The translations under genes and the position numbers were made by a program. Positions 32,235 to 42,465 of a DNA stretch of 64,000 nt are shown here, one piece after another. Position 1 is the first letter of the stretch. Every line of letters starts with the position of its first letter. Source of the stretch: Desulfatiglandales bacterium (GTDB lineage Bacteria > Desulfobacterota > DSM-4660 > Desulfatiglandales > Desulfatiglandaceae); contig OY759599.1 of the NCBI GenBank assembly GCA_963662465.1, forward strand, positions 7,456,001-7,520,000, given 5' to 3'. The notes below the pieces were generated by a model. The model was not told the origin of the DNA and did no database searches. It saw nothing but the letters and a program-made list of their open reading frames with translations.

Positions 32235-34949
32235 GTGTCTGAGACCCCAAGCAGTCGGCCAAAAAAAAGGCAAAAATCTCAAAAAATCCATGAAGAGGTC
32301 ATTACGACCCATGTCAACGCCGATTTTGACGCTCTTGCGTCTATGTTGGCCGCCGGGAAACTCTATCCGGAAGCGGTGCTGGCGTTTCCCGGCTCACAGG
32401 AAAAAAACCTCAGGAATTTTTTTCTAAATTCCACCTTTTATCTCCTGAATATCACCAAAGTTAAGAATATCGATATTGACGCCATCAAGCGGCTCATCCT
32501 CGTGGACACCCGGCAGAAGGGTCGCATCGGTGATTTTGCACGCCTGGCGGATCGGGAAGACGTGGAAATTCACGTGTACGACCATCATCCCGCTGCCTCC
32601 GACGACGTGCATGGGCAGGTGGAAGTCATTCGCAGAATCGGCTCAAATACGGCGCTGATGGTTGATATTATCAAAAAAAGAGGGATTCCCGTTTCATCGG
32701 AAGAAGCCACCATCATGTGCCTCGGGATTCACGAAGATACCGGAAGTTTTACGTTTTCTTCCACCACCAGTGAAGACTATGAAGCGGCGGCCTGGCTCGC
32801 GGCTCAAGGCGCCGACCACAACGTTATCTCGGACATGCTGACCCGTGAGCTGACCACTGAAAACCTCTGGCTGCTGAATGACCTCATAAAATCCGCCACC
32901 ACCCGCATGATCAACGGAACGGAAATTGTGATCGCCAAAGTCATCACCGATGAATTTGTTCCCGACTTTGCGGTTCTGGTGCATCGCTTCATGGAGATGG
33001 AAAGTCTGAAGGTGGTTTTTGCGCTGGCGCAGATGGAAAATCGCATTTTCATGGTGGCAAGGAGCCGGGTCGATACGGTGGACGCAGCTGAAATTGCCGG
33101 GATATTCGGAGGCGGAGGACATCCGGAGGCGGCTTCGGCAACCATCAAAGATCAGACGCTGATCCAGGTGGAACGGTCTTTGGATGTGCTGTTGAACATG
33201 CGTATCCGGCGACGCAGAAATGCCAGGGACATGATGTCTTCTCCGGTCATGCGAATCAGTTCCACGGACACCGTTCGCAAAGCGGCCGATTTCATGACCC
33301 GGTACAACATCAATGTACTCCTGGTGATGGACGGCGACGACGACCTTCTTGGATACGTCACCCGGCAGATTGTTGAAAAAGCGGCGTACCTCGGACTGGG
33401 AGACCGAAAAGCCGGCGACTATATGAATATTGAATTCGCCACCGTTCATCCGGATGCGCCACTCAAACAAATTCAGGAACTGATTATTCGCGGCAGGTTG
33501 AGAATCCTTCCAGTGGTTGAAAACAAAATGGTGAAGGGTGTTATTACCCGAACGGATCTTTTGAACATCCTGCTGGGAAACCCGCTGGTTCCCGATGCGC
33601 TCCATAGCGCCGGAAAGGACGGCCAGGTCGTCAGGAAACGGAATCTATCCGCAATGCTGAAAGAACGGTTGCCGAAAAAGGTGATCACCCTTTTAGAAGC
33701 GCTGGGGGATGCCGCCGATGCTCTCGGCTACGGCATATATCTTGTGGGGGGGTTGGTCAGAGACATTTTCCTGAAGGTTGAAAACCTGGATGTGGATATT
33801 GTCATTGAGGGAAACGGCATTACGTTTGCTCGTGAATTTGCCAAAAACCATCCCGTCCGTATGCGAAGTCATCAGAAGTTCGGCACCGCCGTACTCATTT
33901 TCCCCGATGGCTTCAAGGTGGATGTGGCCACTGCCAGGATTGAATATTACAAGTCTCCAGGAGCGCCGCCCATCGTTGAAACAAGCTCACTGAAGCTGGA
34001 TCTTTACCGCCGGGATTTCACCATGAACACCCTGGCCGTCAGTTTAGGCAAACGGTCTTTCGGGACACTCATCGATTATTTCGGCGCGCAGAAAGATATC
34101 AAGGACAAAGCACTGCGGGTCCTGCATAATCTGAGTTTCGTGGAAGATCCCACGCGCATGCTCCGGGCCATACGATTTGAGCAGCGTTTTGGCTTTACCA
34201 TTGGAAAACTAACCCTCGCCCTCATGAAAACCGCGGCCAAAATGGATTGGGCCGACAGCCTCGCATCGCGCAGAATTCTGTCGGAACTAAAGCTCATCCT
34301 TAAGGAGCAGACCCCCACAAACGCCCTCATTAGGCTAAAGGAATTTGATCTCCTCAAATTCATTTCTCCCTATCTGGATTTGACGGATACCATTAAAGAT
34401 CTACTGGAAGAAATCAAGGAGGTCATTGCCTGGTACAACCTTCTTTTTCTGGAAGACCCCATAACGCCATGGAAGGTCTATTGGTATGGGCTCACCATCG
34501 GACTTGATGCGAACACCTTTAAAAGATTAACCCATGAAATAGGGACCGGCGGTATGTCCCCTCGGGGAAAAGCGGAACAATGGCTCATGGATACCCTTTT
34601 CCGGTTTGATGGAACCGACTATGAACTATATGCATTGCTCAGGACCCATGATACGGAAATGTTGCTTTATTTGATGGCCAAGGCCAAAAATGAAAGAATG
34701 AAACGTTTGATCTCCCATTTTTTCACACAGTTAAAAGGAAAAAAGATTCGCCTGAATGGAAAGGATCTGTTAGACTTAGGGTTTAAATCGGGACCCATCT
34801 TCAAAGAAATCTTTGAAAGGCTCCTGGAAGCCCGATTAAACCAGCAGACACAAAAAAAGGAAGATGAAATAGCGATGGTTGAACAGGAATTCGGGGCGCG
34901 AAGGGTTCCGAAAGCCAAGGCTAAAAATGAAAAACCGAAAGGGGAATAA
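32235..34949 (+). CDS. DHH-CBS-tRNA nucleotidyltransferase (A-adding type CCA enzyme)
   Basis: H.NADFD, DHH, DTG, GGGH; two CBS domains; VGGLVRD, DVDIV, RRDFTMN, EDPTRMLRAIRF. Confidence 0.9.
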   Translation: MSETPSSRPKKRQKSQKIHEEVITTHVNADFDALASMLAAGKLYPEAVLAFPGSQEKNLRNFFLNSTFYLLNITKVKNIDIDAIKRLILVDTRQKGRIGDFARLADREDVEIHVYDHHPAASDDVHGQVEVIRRIGSNTALMVDIIKKRGIPVSSEEATIMCLGIHEDTGSFTFSSTTSEDYEAAAWLAAQGADHNVISDMLTRELTTENLWLLNDLIKSATTRMINGTEIVIAKVITDEFVPDFAVLVHRFMEMESLKVVFALAQMENRIFMVARSRVDTVDAAEIAGIFGGGGHPEAASATIKDQTLIQVERSLDVLLNMRIRRRRNARDMMSSPVMRISSTDTVRKAADFMTRYNINVLLVMDGDDDLLGYVTRQIVEKAAYLGLGDRKAGDYMNIEFATVHPDAPLKQIQELIIRGRLRILPVVENKMVKGVITRTDLLNILLGNPLVPDALHSAGKDGQVVRKRNLSAMLKERLPKKVITLLEALGDAADALGYGIYLVGGLVRDIFLKVENLDVDIVIEGNGITFAREFAKNHPVRMRSHQKFGTAVLIFPDGFKVDVATARIEYYKSPGAPPIVETSSLKLDLYRRDFTMNTLAVSLGKRSFGTLIDYFGAQKDIKDKALRVLHNLSFVEDPTRMLRAIRFEQRFGFTIGKLTLALMKTAAKMDWADSLASRRILSELKLILKEQTPTNALIRLKEFDLLKFISPYLDLTDTIKDLLEEIKEVIAWYNLLFLEDPITPWKVYWYGLTIGLDANTFKRLTHEIGTGGMSPRGKAEQWLMDTLFRFDGTDYELYALLRTHDTEMLLYLMAKAKNERMKRLISHFFTQLKGKKIRLNGKDLLDLGFKSGPIFKEIFERLLEARLNQQTQKKEDEIAMVEQEFGARRVPKAKAKNEKPKGE

Positions 34950-34955
34950 GAGGGA

Positions 34956-35942
34956 ATGACAAAAGGGAAAATCGTAAGCGGCATGAGACCCACCGGAAAA
35001 CTGCATCTTGGACATTTACGCGGCGCCCTCCTGAACTGGAAAAAACTTCAGGAAGAGTTTCAATGTTTTTATTTTATCGCGGACTGGCATGCACTGACCA
35101 GCGACTACGCCAATACGGCAATCATCAAGGAAAGCACCTATGAGATCATCATGGATTGGATTTCCGTAGGACTGGATCCGGAACAATCCACATTTTTTAT
35201 TCAGTCCGAGATCAAAGAACACGCGGAACTCTATCTGCTCTTTTCCATGTTCACCCCACTGCCCTGGCTGGAGCGAAACCCCACCTACAAGGAACAGTTG
35301 AAGGAACTCAGTCATAAAGATCTTTTCACCTATGGTTTTCTGGGCTATCCGGTTCTTCAGGCCGCGGACATATTGATGTACAAGGCCATCGGGGTTCCGG
35401 TGGGGGAAGATCAGGCGCCCCATGTGGAGCTGACACGGGAAATTGCACGACGATTCAACCATATATATGATAAAGAGATATTCCCTATCCCCAAAATCCT
35501 GCTGGCGCCCACATCAAAGATCCTGGGCATAGACCGTCGAAAAATGAGTAAGAGCTACGGCAACTCCATTTTCCTCACGGACACGAACAAGGAAATCGAC
35601 AGCAAGGTGGGACAGATGATTACGGATCCTCAACGGGCGAGAAAAACCGACCCGGGAGATCCGGACATTTGCAATGTTTTTGCCTTTCATGAAATCTACA
35701 CCGACGCAAATACCTGCAAGGAAATTCACGCCGGTTGTAAATCGGCCAAAATTGGATGTGTCGAATGCAAAAAAATGATGGCCGCGGGCCTCAAAGAAGG
35801 ACTTGCACCCATCAAGGCCAAAAGAAAGGAACTGGAATCCCAATTGGATAAAGTCAAAGAGATCATCAATAACGGCAATGATCGCGCCCGAGCCATTGCC
35901 AGGGAAACCATGGCCCAGGTGAGGGAAGCGGTGAGAATTTAA
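34956..35942 (+). CDS. trpS: Tryptophan--tRNA ligase
   Basis: SGMRPTGKLHLGH, YPVLQAADIL, VPVGEDQ, KMSKS. Confidence 0.97.
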   Translation: MTKGKIVSGMRPTGKLHLGHLRGALLNWKKLQEEFQCFYFIADWHALTSDYANTAIIKESTYEIIMDWISVGLDPEQSTFFIQSEIKEHAELYLLFSMFTPLPWLERNPTYKEQLKELSHKDLFTYGFLGYPVLQAADILMYKAIGVPVGEDQAPHVELTREIARRFNHIYDKEIFPIPKILLAPTSKILGIDRRKMSKSYGNSIFLTDTNKEIDSKVGQMITDPQRARKTDPGDPDICNVFAFHEIYTDANTCKEIHAGCKSAKIGCVECKKMMAAGLKEGLAPIKAKRKELESQLDKVKEIINNGNDRARAIARETMAQVREAVRI

Positions 35943-35969
35943 CCGTTCAACATTTTTTGAAATGGGACA

Positions 35970-36722
35970 ATGGACTACAACGTCAAGCTTGAGATGTTTG
36001 AAGGTCCCTTGGACCTCCTGCTTCACCTGATTCATAAAAATGAAGTGGATATCTTTGACATTCCCATTTCAACCATCACCGATCAGTATCTGGAGTACCT
36101 GGACCTGATGAAAGCACTGGAAATGGGCATTGCCGGGGATTTCCTGGTAATGGCGTCCACGCTTCTTCACATTAAATCCAAGATGTTGCTGCCGAACCCA
36201 ATGGAAGGGGATGAAGAGGAGGACCCCCGCCTTGAAATTGCAAGACCGCTTTTGGAATACATGCAGCTCAGGGAAATGGCAACAGAACTTTCAGAGCGGG
36301 AAATGCTGGGAAGGGACGTCTTCGCCAGGGGTGACACAGGTTCGCTAAATGAATATCCGGGCATGGAAGTTCAACCGGATGTGAGCCTCTTTCAATTGAT
36401 GGATGCATTTCGACGTGTCGTTGCCCGTAGCAACGGCCCTAAAACCCTCACGCTTGCATTGGAAAAATGGTCGGTTAAAGATAAAATTAAGAGCATCATC
36501 ACTCTGCTGAAAGAGCGCTCCGATATTTTTTTTGAAGAAATCTTCACAAAAAGCCATGGGATCTCTGAAATGGTGGTCACCTTTCTCGCCCTTCTGGAAC
36601 TGGTCCATATGGGGTTAATCGGGGTGTTTCAACCTTCCCAGGAAAGCCGTATCCGCATTACAGCCTGTTTTGAAGAAGGCGATCCCTCCGGTTACGGGGA
36701 GGAGGATGGAAAAACAGCTTAA
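35970..36722 (+). CDS. scpA: Segregation and condensation protein A
   Basis: FEGPLDLLLHLI, IKSKMLLP, FLALLEL. Confidence 0.95.
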   Translation: MDYNVKLEMFEGPLDLLLHLIHKNEVDIFDIPISTITDQYLEYLDLMKALEMGIAGDFLVMASTLLHIKSKMLLPNPMEGDEEEDPRLEIARPLLEYMQLREMATELSEREMLGRDVFARGDTGSLNEYPGMEVQPDVSLFQLMDAFRRVVARSNGPKTLTLALEKWSVKDKIKSIITLLKERSDIFFEEIFTKSHGISEMVVTFLALLELVHMGLIGVFQPSQESRIRITACFEEGDPSGYGEEDGKTA

Positions 36723-37335
36723 ATTCATTATCGAATCCCTTTTGTTCGCTTCCGGCAAGCCTTTGCCTGCTCGCGACATTCAAAGGTGCCTGCCCGATGA
36801 GGAATTCTCTGAAATCGTGAAAACCTTGTCGACACTCAGGCGGGAATATGATGCCATGAACCGGAGCTTCGGCCTGAAAGAGGTGGCCGAGGGGTATCAA
36901 ATCAGGACAAAACCGGATTATGCACCCTATATCCTCAGGATGGCAAAGCGGTCTTCCGCCAGATTGTCCTCCGCCGCAATGGAAACCCTGGCGATCATTG
37001 CCTACAAACAACCGGTGATTCGACAGGAAATTGAACAATTCAGGGGTGTGGATACCGGCGGAATCCTACGAACACTCCTGGAAAAGAATCTGATCCGGAT
37101 CATGGGCCGAAAACATCTGCCGGGCCGGCCCCTGATCTATGGGACAACCCGAAAGTTTCTGGAAGTTTTCGATCTCAACAATCTTGAATCCCTTCCCAAA
37201 CTGAAAGAAATAAAGGAGTTAGGAATCGGTGAAACACAAGCGACCCAGACCCACGAGAGCAGACTCCCGGCGAAGTCAACCGTCCTGGAAAAAGAAATCA
37301 AACCGCAACCCGGAGACACGGAATCTCCGTCCTGA
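36706..37335 (+). CDS. scpB: Segregation and condensation protein B
   Basis: IESLLF, ETLAIIAYKQP, RGV, GRPLIYGTT..FL. Confidence 0.95.
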   Translation: MEKQLKFIIESLLFASGKPLPARDIQRCLPDEEFSEIVKTLSTLRREYDAMNRSFGLKEVAEGYQIRTKPDYAPYILRMAKRSSARLSSAAMETLAIIAYKQPVIRQEIEQFRGVDTGGILRTLLEKNLIRIMGRKHLPGRPLIYGTTRKFLEVFDLNNLESLPKLKEIKELGIGETQATQTHESRLPAKSTVLEKEIKPQPGDTESPS

Positions 37336-38116
37336 GGCAAAAGTCCTATCCGTGCCCCTTTCACCTCCCGGTACTCCCTTCAATCCGGAAGAACAATGGC
37401 GGCTCAACCGAATATTGTCTTCAGCGGGATTGACTTCCAGGCGAAATGCCGATCAATGGATTCTTTCCAGACGAATTACGGTCAACGGAAAATCGGTTAA
37501 CACACTGGGCGGAAAAGCGTTTTGGGGAAAGGACGACATTCGCGTGGACGGACAAAAAATTCCTCCGCCCCCCCAGAAATGTTATCTGATGCTGAATAAA
37601 CCCTTCGGCTATATTTGCTCCCTGAAAGACCCGGAAGGAAGACCCCTGGTGACGGACCTCCTCAGGGAAGTCCCTGTTCGGGTTTACCCCGTGGGCCGGC
37701 TCGATTTTGACACCCTCGGACTTTTGCTTTTGACCAATGACGGAGAATTCGCCCATCACCTCACCCATCCGAGATTTCATATCCCCAAGACCTACAAGGC
37801 GACAGTTTCGGGCGCCATCACCGACGAGGCATTGAAACGCCTCCAAGGGGGAATCACCCTGGAAGACGGACCGGCCGGCCGGGCCAAAACCGACGTCATA
37901 AACCGCAATGATAAAGAGAGCATTCTGAGGATGACCATTACCCAGGGGAAAACCCGTCAGGTTCGGCGCATGCTGGATGCGGTGGGTTTCAAGGTGTTCC
38001 ATCTGATCCGGACCAGCTTTGGAACCCTGCGTCTCGGAGACTTAAAAATCGGCCATTATCGATATCTAGATTCACAGGAAGTCCTGGAATTAAAAAAAAT
38101 GGCAGGAATAGGATGA
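37229..38116 (+). CDS. rluB: rRNA pseudouridine synthase (RluB/RsuA family); true start probably downstream of 37229
   Basis: S4 domain, NKPFG, YPVGRLDFDT.GLLLLTND, RQVRRM. Confidence 0.88.
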   Translation: MKHKRPRPTRADSRRSQPSWKKKSNRNPETRNLRPEAKVLSVPLSPPGTPFNPEEQWRLNRILSSAGLTSRRNADQWILSRRITVNGKSVNTLGGKAFWGKDDIRVDGQKIPPPPQKCYLMLNKPFGYICSLKDPEGRPLVTDLLREVPVRVYPVGRLDFDTLGLLLLTNDGEFAHHLTHPRFHIPKTYKATVSGAITDEALKRLQGGITLEDGPAGRAKTDVINRNDKESILRMTITQGKTRQVRRMLDAVGFKVFHLIRTSFGTLRLGDLKIGHYRYLDSQEVLELKKMAGIG

Positions 38117-38189
38117 TTTTTATTTACAGCTTCAAATCAATAATGTATCTTGTGCGAACTTTGCGGCTCATCGGGCCGACAGCAAGACC

Positions 38190-38264
38190 GGGCGATTAAC
38201 TCAGTGGGAGAGTGCCATCCTCACACGGTGGAAGTCCGGGGTTCAAATCCCCGATCGCCCACCA
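38190..38264 (+). tRNA. tRNA-Val(CAC)
   Basis: GGGCGAT/ATCGCCC acceptor stem, anticodon arm CCATC-CTCACAC-GGTGG, GGTTCAAATCC T-loop, encoded CCA. Confidence 0.95.
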
Positions 38265-38285
38265 GTAAAATCAATGGGTTACGGT

Positions 38286-38438
38286 TCATATCGTAGCCCT
38301 TTTTTTTTGGATGGTCTCCATTTGGTCTCCATTTTCTGAAAAGACCGTATTTTCCAACTTACAGGCGACCTTTTGGTTGGTCGGTTTCATCAGGTGAGAG
38401 TATACATTCAAGGTTACCGTAGGGCTTGAATGCCGCAG
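38286..38438 (-). pseudogene. Tyrosine integrase C-terminal remnant
   Basis: LRHSSPTVTLNVYSHL (LGHS..T..Y box) pointing toward the tRNA 3' end. Confidence 0.75.
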
Positions 38439-38866
38439 CGTGTTTGACAGTGATGTTGCCCTTAGAGTTCGGGAACTCGTGAGACAGACCTGCGAACGTT
38501 TCGAAATCCAGATAGTGCGTGGTGTGGTCAGCAAGGATCACGTGCATATTCTCGTTTCGGCGCCACCAAATATTTCCCCTTCGGACATAATGCGAAGGGT
38601 GAAGGGAAGGGCGTCGCGAAAGATCTTTGAGGAATTCCCACACCTGAAGAAACGATACTGGGGTAAGCATTTCTGAGTGCGGGGGTATTTCTGTGTCACA
38701 TCTGGCGAGCTTACCAAGGACATGATTCAAGAGTATCTTGAGCACCATTTTGAAAAAGACCCAAACGATCGTTTCGATATCGAATAATTTACCGGCTAAA
38801 GCCGGTCTTGCTGAACTTTCAGTCCGTGCTTTTAAACCCACCGTCTTCAAGACGGTGGTTGTTTAG
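38439..38866 (+). mobile_element. tnpA: IS200/IS605 family tnpA remnant (5'-truncated, internal TGA) with right-end hairpin
   Basis: DHVHIL HUH motif, KGRAS, HF*VRGYF (Trp to TGA at 38674), stop at 38785; hairpin CCACCGTCT-TCA-AGACGGTGG at 38838-38858. Confidence 0.88.
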
Positions 38867-39168
38867 TATCCCCCCTATCATAGCAAGTACAATCCGGTTG
38901 AAAGATGTTGGGGAATATTGGAGGGACATTGGAACGGAGAAATATTGGATTCAATATCAAAAGCAGTCAATTGGGCATCTACGATGACATGGAAAGGGAT
39001 AAAGCCCATTGTCACGTTGGTGGAAAAGGCATATAAGAAGGGAATCCGGCTTACAAAAAAAGAAATGAAACCTTACGAAAACAGAATTAAACGTTCCGAC
39101 ACACTGCCCAAATGGGATGTACTTATTGAATCCGGAGTTGGGTAGTTTATTTCTTGTGAATTCCCTTA
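38867..39168 (+). mobile_element. ISAzo13-family transposase C-terminal fragment
   Basis: YPPYHSKYNPVERCWGILEGHWNG..MTWKG..LPKWDV. Confidence 0.8.
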
Positions 39169-39263
39169 AGGCTTTACTGGTTGAATTTTCTTTCATTTAA
39201 AAAAATATCAGAAGTCGTACCATAGGTCCGGAAGAAAAGGCTTTGACGGTTATTCCATGGACT

Positions 39264-39854
39264 TTAAAACAATCCCAGTTCCCTGCCCCGTTTTACGGCC
39301 GAAGGATATTTGTTCATGATTGCCTCCATTTCATCCTTTCCGTTCGCCATACGAATATCATCAATATGCCAGCCCGGCGCCACCATGACCCCGTAAAGCC
39401 CCCAGTTGTAATGGGGATCTTCCTTTTTAACGAATCCCATCCATGTGCCGGCGGGAATGACCTTCTGCATGACCTGCCCCTCGTCCACTCGGGGGCCCAG
39501 AACCACCTCCTCCCAGGAACCATCCCCGTAGAGCAGCATCTGAACCATGGGGGCGCCCCCATGATACAGCAGAATTTCATCGGACGTAAGAATATGCCAG
39601 GGATCAATGGGCACATCCCGGGTCATGAGGTAGTAGATGAGGGAAGCGGCGACGCGATCTTTGTCCATATCCACTCTGAGCTTCGATGCGTAGGTGGGTT
39701 TGAAATATCCCGGGCAGGCGTCATCGCCCATGGGTGCAAGGTTCAGGGCCTTGATAACTTGACCGGTCGTCAAAGGCCGATCTTTTTTGACCGTTGCGCA
39801 CCCCAGGGCCATAACCAATATTCCTAAAATCATCGCACGAAAAATTGCCGTCAT
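39264..39854 (-). CDS. Cupin_5 (DUF985) family lipoprotein
   Basis: IYYLM, WH.LTSDEI..YH.G, VIPAGTW, VAPGW; lipobox ALGC; start overlaps upstream stop (TGATG). Confidence 0.8.
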   Translation of the reverse strand: MTAIFRAMILGILVMALGCATVKKDRPLTTGQVIKALNLAPMGDDACPGYFKPTYASKLRVDMDKDRVAASLIYYLMTRDVPIDPWHILTSDEILLYHGGAPMVQMLLYGDGSWEEVVLGPRVDEGQVMQKVIPAGTWMGFVKKEDPHYNWGLYGVMVAPGWHIDDIRMANGKDEMEAIMNKYPSAVKRGRELGLF

Positions 39855-42442
39855 CACAACCCCCCTTGATCCTTTCCGCATGGGTCCCCATGCTTGTCGA
39901 TATTCACATCCACGGCATGGATGCCGGGGTCATATGAATGTCCGTCTTCATGCCGGGATACAAAGCCCGCCAAAACACTGTATAGTTCTTCGAATACGCC
40001 GTCAATCACTTCTCCGGGCACCCCGTAATAGAGGAAATTGATGGGCATGGAATCCCCCAGCAGGTATAAATCTTTGTGGGGAAAAGGGAAATCCGGGGGG
40101 GTCCCGGGTTTTTTTTCAAAAACAAACTGCACGTGATGACCCTGCAGGATCTGGTTTTGAGGGTCTTTGATGGGGTGTTTTTCGATGCGAACATTATGCC
40201 CGCCAATGTTTGGCCGGTCCGCGGTGGACAGTATTTCGATCCAGGCGGTCAGGCTTTCAAACTCCACGGTCTTGGTGGAGCCGCTTGCAAAAAACAGCTC
40301 TTTGGCCGATCCCTCCAGAATCAATTTTTCGAAAAAATCTTTGTTCAAAACCGAAACCCCGGTGACCCCCAGAAAGAGATCCAGTGGTTCCCAGTCTTCC
40401 TTAACCAGGTTGTCAATATGGGAGAATTCCTTTATGCCCGTTTCTTTTTTGTCAACATTTCTGATGTCAAGGCCCGATGCGGTTCCATGGGACACCCGCC
40501 CGGCCATGGCTTTCATCAAAAATCGGCCGATGTTGCCCCGGCTTCCCAGCACCAGGGCATGCCGGTGCATCATGCATTTTCCGAGACCGTTGAAGATGGC
40601 TTCCACGGCGGCAAGGATCGAATAGGCGCAGGCCTCGGCTTCGACAACGTTCTTATACCGGGACGTGGCGATGGTAAAGGCGGGAAACGCAAGCCCTCCG
40701 CACGCCTTTTCCACCGCCTGTAAATGATAATAACCGTTGGCCGTATGCTCAAATGTGGCGGGAACAAGCTTCTTGAGCCACTCCTTCAGCAAAATATCGG
40801 TTTGCATTTCAAATGGAATTTCCACGTTGAATCGTTCCAGGGCATGGGCCAGGGTTTTTTGTTCATGACACCATTGGTTCAGGATCGGCGCCAGATACCC
40901 CCCATCCTCGATCAGGAGCAGTTTTCGACCTTCCTTTTCGGCTGCAAAGGCCTCTTTGAAAAAGAGATGTCCGGCGCTTAAGCGCATGGAACTCAGGTAG
41001 TTGCCTCGCAGGGATCTTAATGCCCGGTCCAGGTGCGCCAGGCTTTTCAAGGGGGAATACTGGCGGGAGAGGATGTACGCGCCGTCCACAGAATCCCGCA
41101 GTTCAATGCGCTGGAGGGCATAAAAGCGGAAACGCCGGTCGGGCATGCTCAGCATGTCCTCCAGATGAAATCCGGGTACAATTCCCTGGTAGCGGATAAA
41201 AAGGGTGGTGAGAAATCCGCAATGGGACGCGTCCAGGGCCTTGACAAACCCCAACACTTCCGATGTGGCGTGATGAATCAGGAGAACCCGATAATTTTTG
41301 AGGATCCCCTGGGGCGCTTTCTGCTGGGTCTGTAGAAGATTCGGCATCCGTCTCAGGTGGGCCTGCATGTCCGGCTGCTTTCGCCGCTCACCAATGCTGA
41401 TGTTGAGCATGGCCCCTTTTCTGGACAGGTCCATGTAAACCCGGTCCCCTTTGTCAACCATCTCCAGGGTATTTCCCAAAACCAGGGTTTTGACGAGTCC
41501 TTCATCTTCCAGCAGCAACAGTATTTTGCTGATTTGCAGAACGAAAACAAAATTCGGGTCCAGGAGCAGCTTTTCCGATATTGCCTGTGTCCATCTGAAC
41601 ACGGCGCCGGTGATGTTTCTTAGCCCTGATGCGATCAGCAGTTCAAAAAGGGCCGCCTGCCGCCCCGGAATCTCAATATATTCGTTATGCTGGTTCTGGC
41701 ATTCCCGGTGAATGCCGGTGAAAATCTGCTCCGCCATGATGGCGATGTCCTGGCGGTAATGGCTGCGTCCGATTTCGTTGACCACCCGGTGGGGTATCCT
41801 TTTCAGAAACAGGCGCGATTGATTCCCGTCTTCGATGGTGAGGCGAAGGAAGCGTCCTTCACGGTCATACTCCAGCAGAATAAAATAGCCGTGCGCCCCT
41901 TCACAGGTGGTGTGAAAGGGAAAGAGCATGGCGGGATGCTCATGTTCATCCGGCCCGCTGTTTTCATCCTTTTCCGTTTCAAAAGCGCCTGGGAAGAGCA
42001 GTCCGCCCCATCGGGGCGTTTGAACCGCGTCAAACACGAGGCGCAGGTGACGGATAAAGTCTTCCGGGTTTTCCAACAGATTGCGCGCCACCGGACCCCG
42101 GGCATAGACCACCACATGGGTGACGCCCAAGGCCGCCAGTTCAGGGGTATTTTCGGAATCCACCATGACCCGTGTCAGGATGTCCACCTGCGAATGACGG
42201 CATTCCTCCATCACCTGTTTGGCCAGGGAGCTGACAAAACCGGGAATTCCCGAAAAGACCCGCATGTTTGTCATGTCAATGAGGAAGCTGCCGTCTTCCT
42301 GTTCCATGAGGGGGATTCCGAAGGAGGTCAGTTGCGCGCCATGGGGCACAGGTATATCCGGCTTCTCTTTTTTAAAGCGAGGCGCATGCATGAGATTGCT
42401 GAGGATCGAGCCGATCTGTTTTTTAGGCGCCCTGTCTTCCAA
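39854..42442 (-). CDS. 862-aa protein: unknown N-terminal region plus divergent S-adenosylhomocysteine-hydrolase-like NAD-binding domain
   Basis: Colinear SAHH-like motifs IHHATSE, IEDGGY, EHTANG, SRYKNVVE, VLGSRGNIG, FLGVTG, LLGDSMPINF; TTG start with GGGGAG RBS. Confidence 0.65.
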   Translation of the reverse strand: MEDRAPKKQIGSILSNLMHAPRFKKEKPDIPVPHGAQLTSFGIPLMEQEDGSFLIDMTNMRVFSGIPGFVSSLAKQVMEECRHSQVDILTRVMVDSENTPELAALGVTHVVVYARGPVARNLLENPEDFIRHLRLVFDAVQTPRWGGLLFPGAFETEKDENSGPDEHEHPAMLFPFHTTCEGAHGYFILLEYDREGRFLRLTIEDGNQSRLFLKRIPHRVVNEIGRSHYRQDIAIMAEQIFTGIHRECQNQHNEYIEIPGRQAALFELLIASGLRNITGAVFRWTQAISEKLLLDPNFVFVLQISKILLLLEDEGLVKTLVLGNTLEMVDKGDRVYMDLSRKGAMLNISIGERRKQPDMQAHLRRMPNLLQTQQKAPQGILKNYRVLLIHHATSEVLGFVKALDASHCGFLTTLFIRYQGIVPGFHLEDMLSMPDRRFRFYALQRIELRDSVDGAYILSRQYSPLKSLAHLDRALRSLRGNYLSSMRLSAGHLFFKEAFAAEKEGRKLLLIEDGGYLAPILNQWCHEQKTLAHALERFNVEIPFEMQTDILLKEWLKKLVPATFEHTANGYYHLQAVEKACGGLAFPAFTIATSRYKNVVEAEACAYSILAAVEAIFNGLGKCMMHRHALVLGSRGNIGRFLMKAMAGRVSHGTASGLDIRNVDKKETGIKEFSHIDNLVKEDWEPLDLFLGVTGVSVLNKDFFEKLILEGSAKELFFASGSTKTVEFESLTAWIEILSTADRPNIGGHNVRIEKHPIKDPQNQILQGHHVQFVFEKKPGTPPDFPFPHKDLYLLGDSMPINFLYYGVPGEVIDGVFEELYSVLAGFVSRHEDGHSYDPGIHAVDVNIDKHGDPCGKDQGGL

Positions 42443-42465
42443 TATTTTTGTCTCCCCCTATTTTA

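Noticed and set aside
38674..38676. In-frame TGA in tnpA as selenocysteine or recoding
   Set aside because: It replaces a conserved Trp (TGG to TGA) in an already 5'-truncated IS, so simple decay explains it
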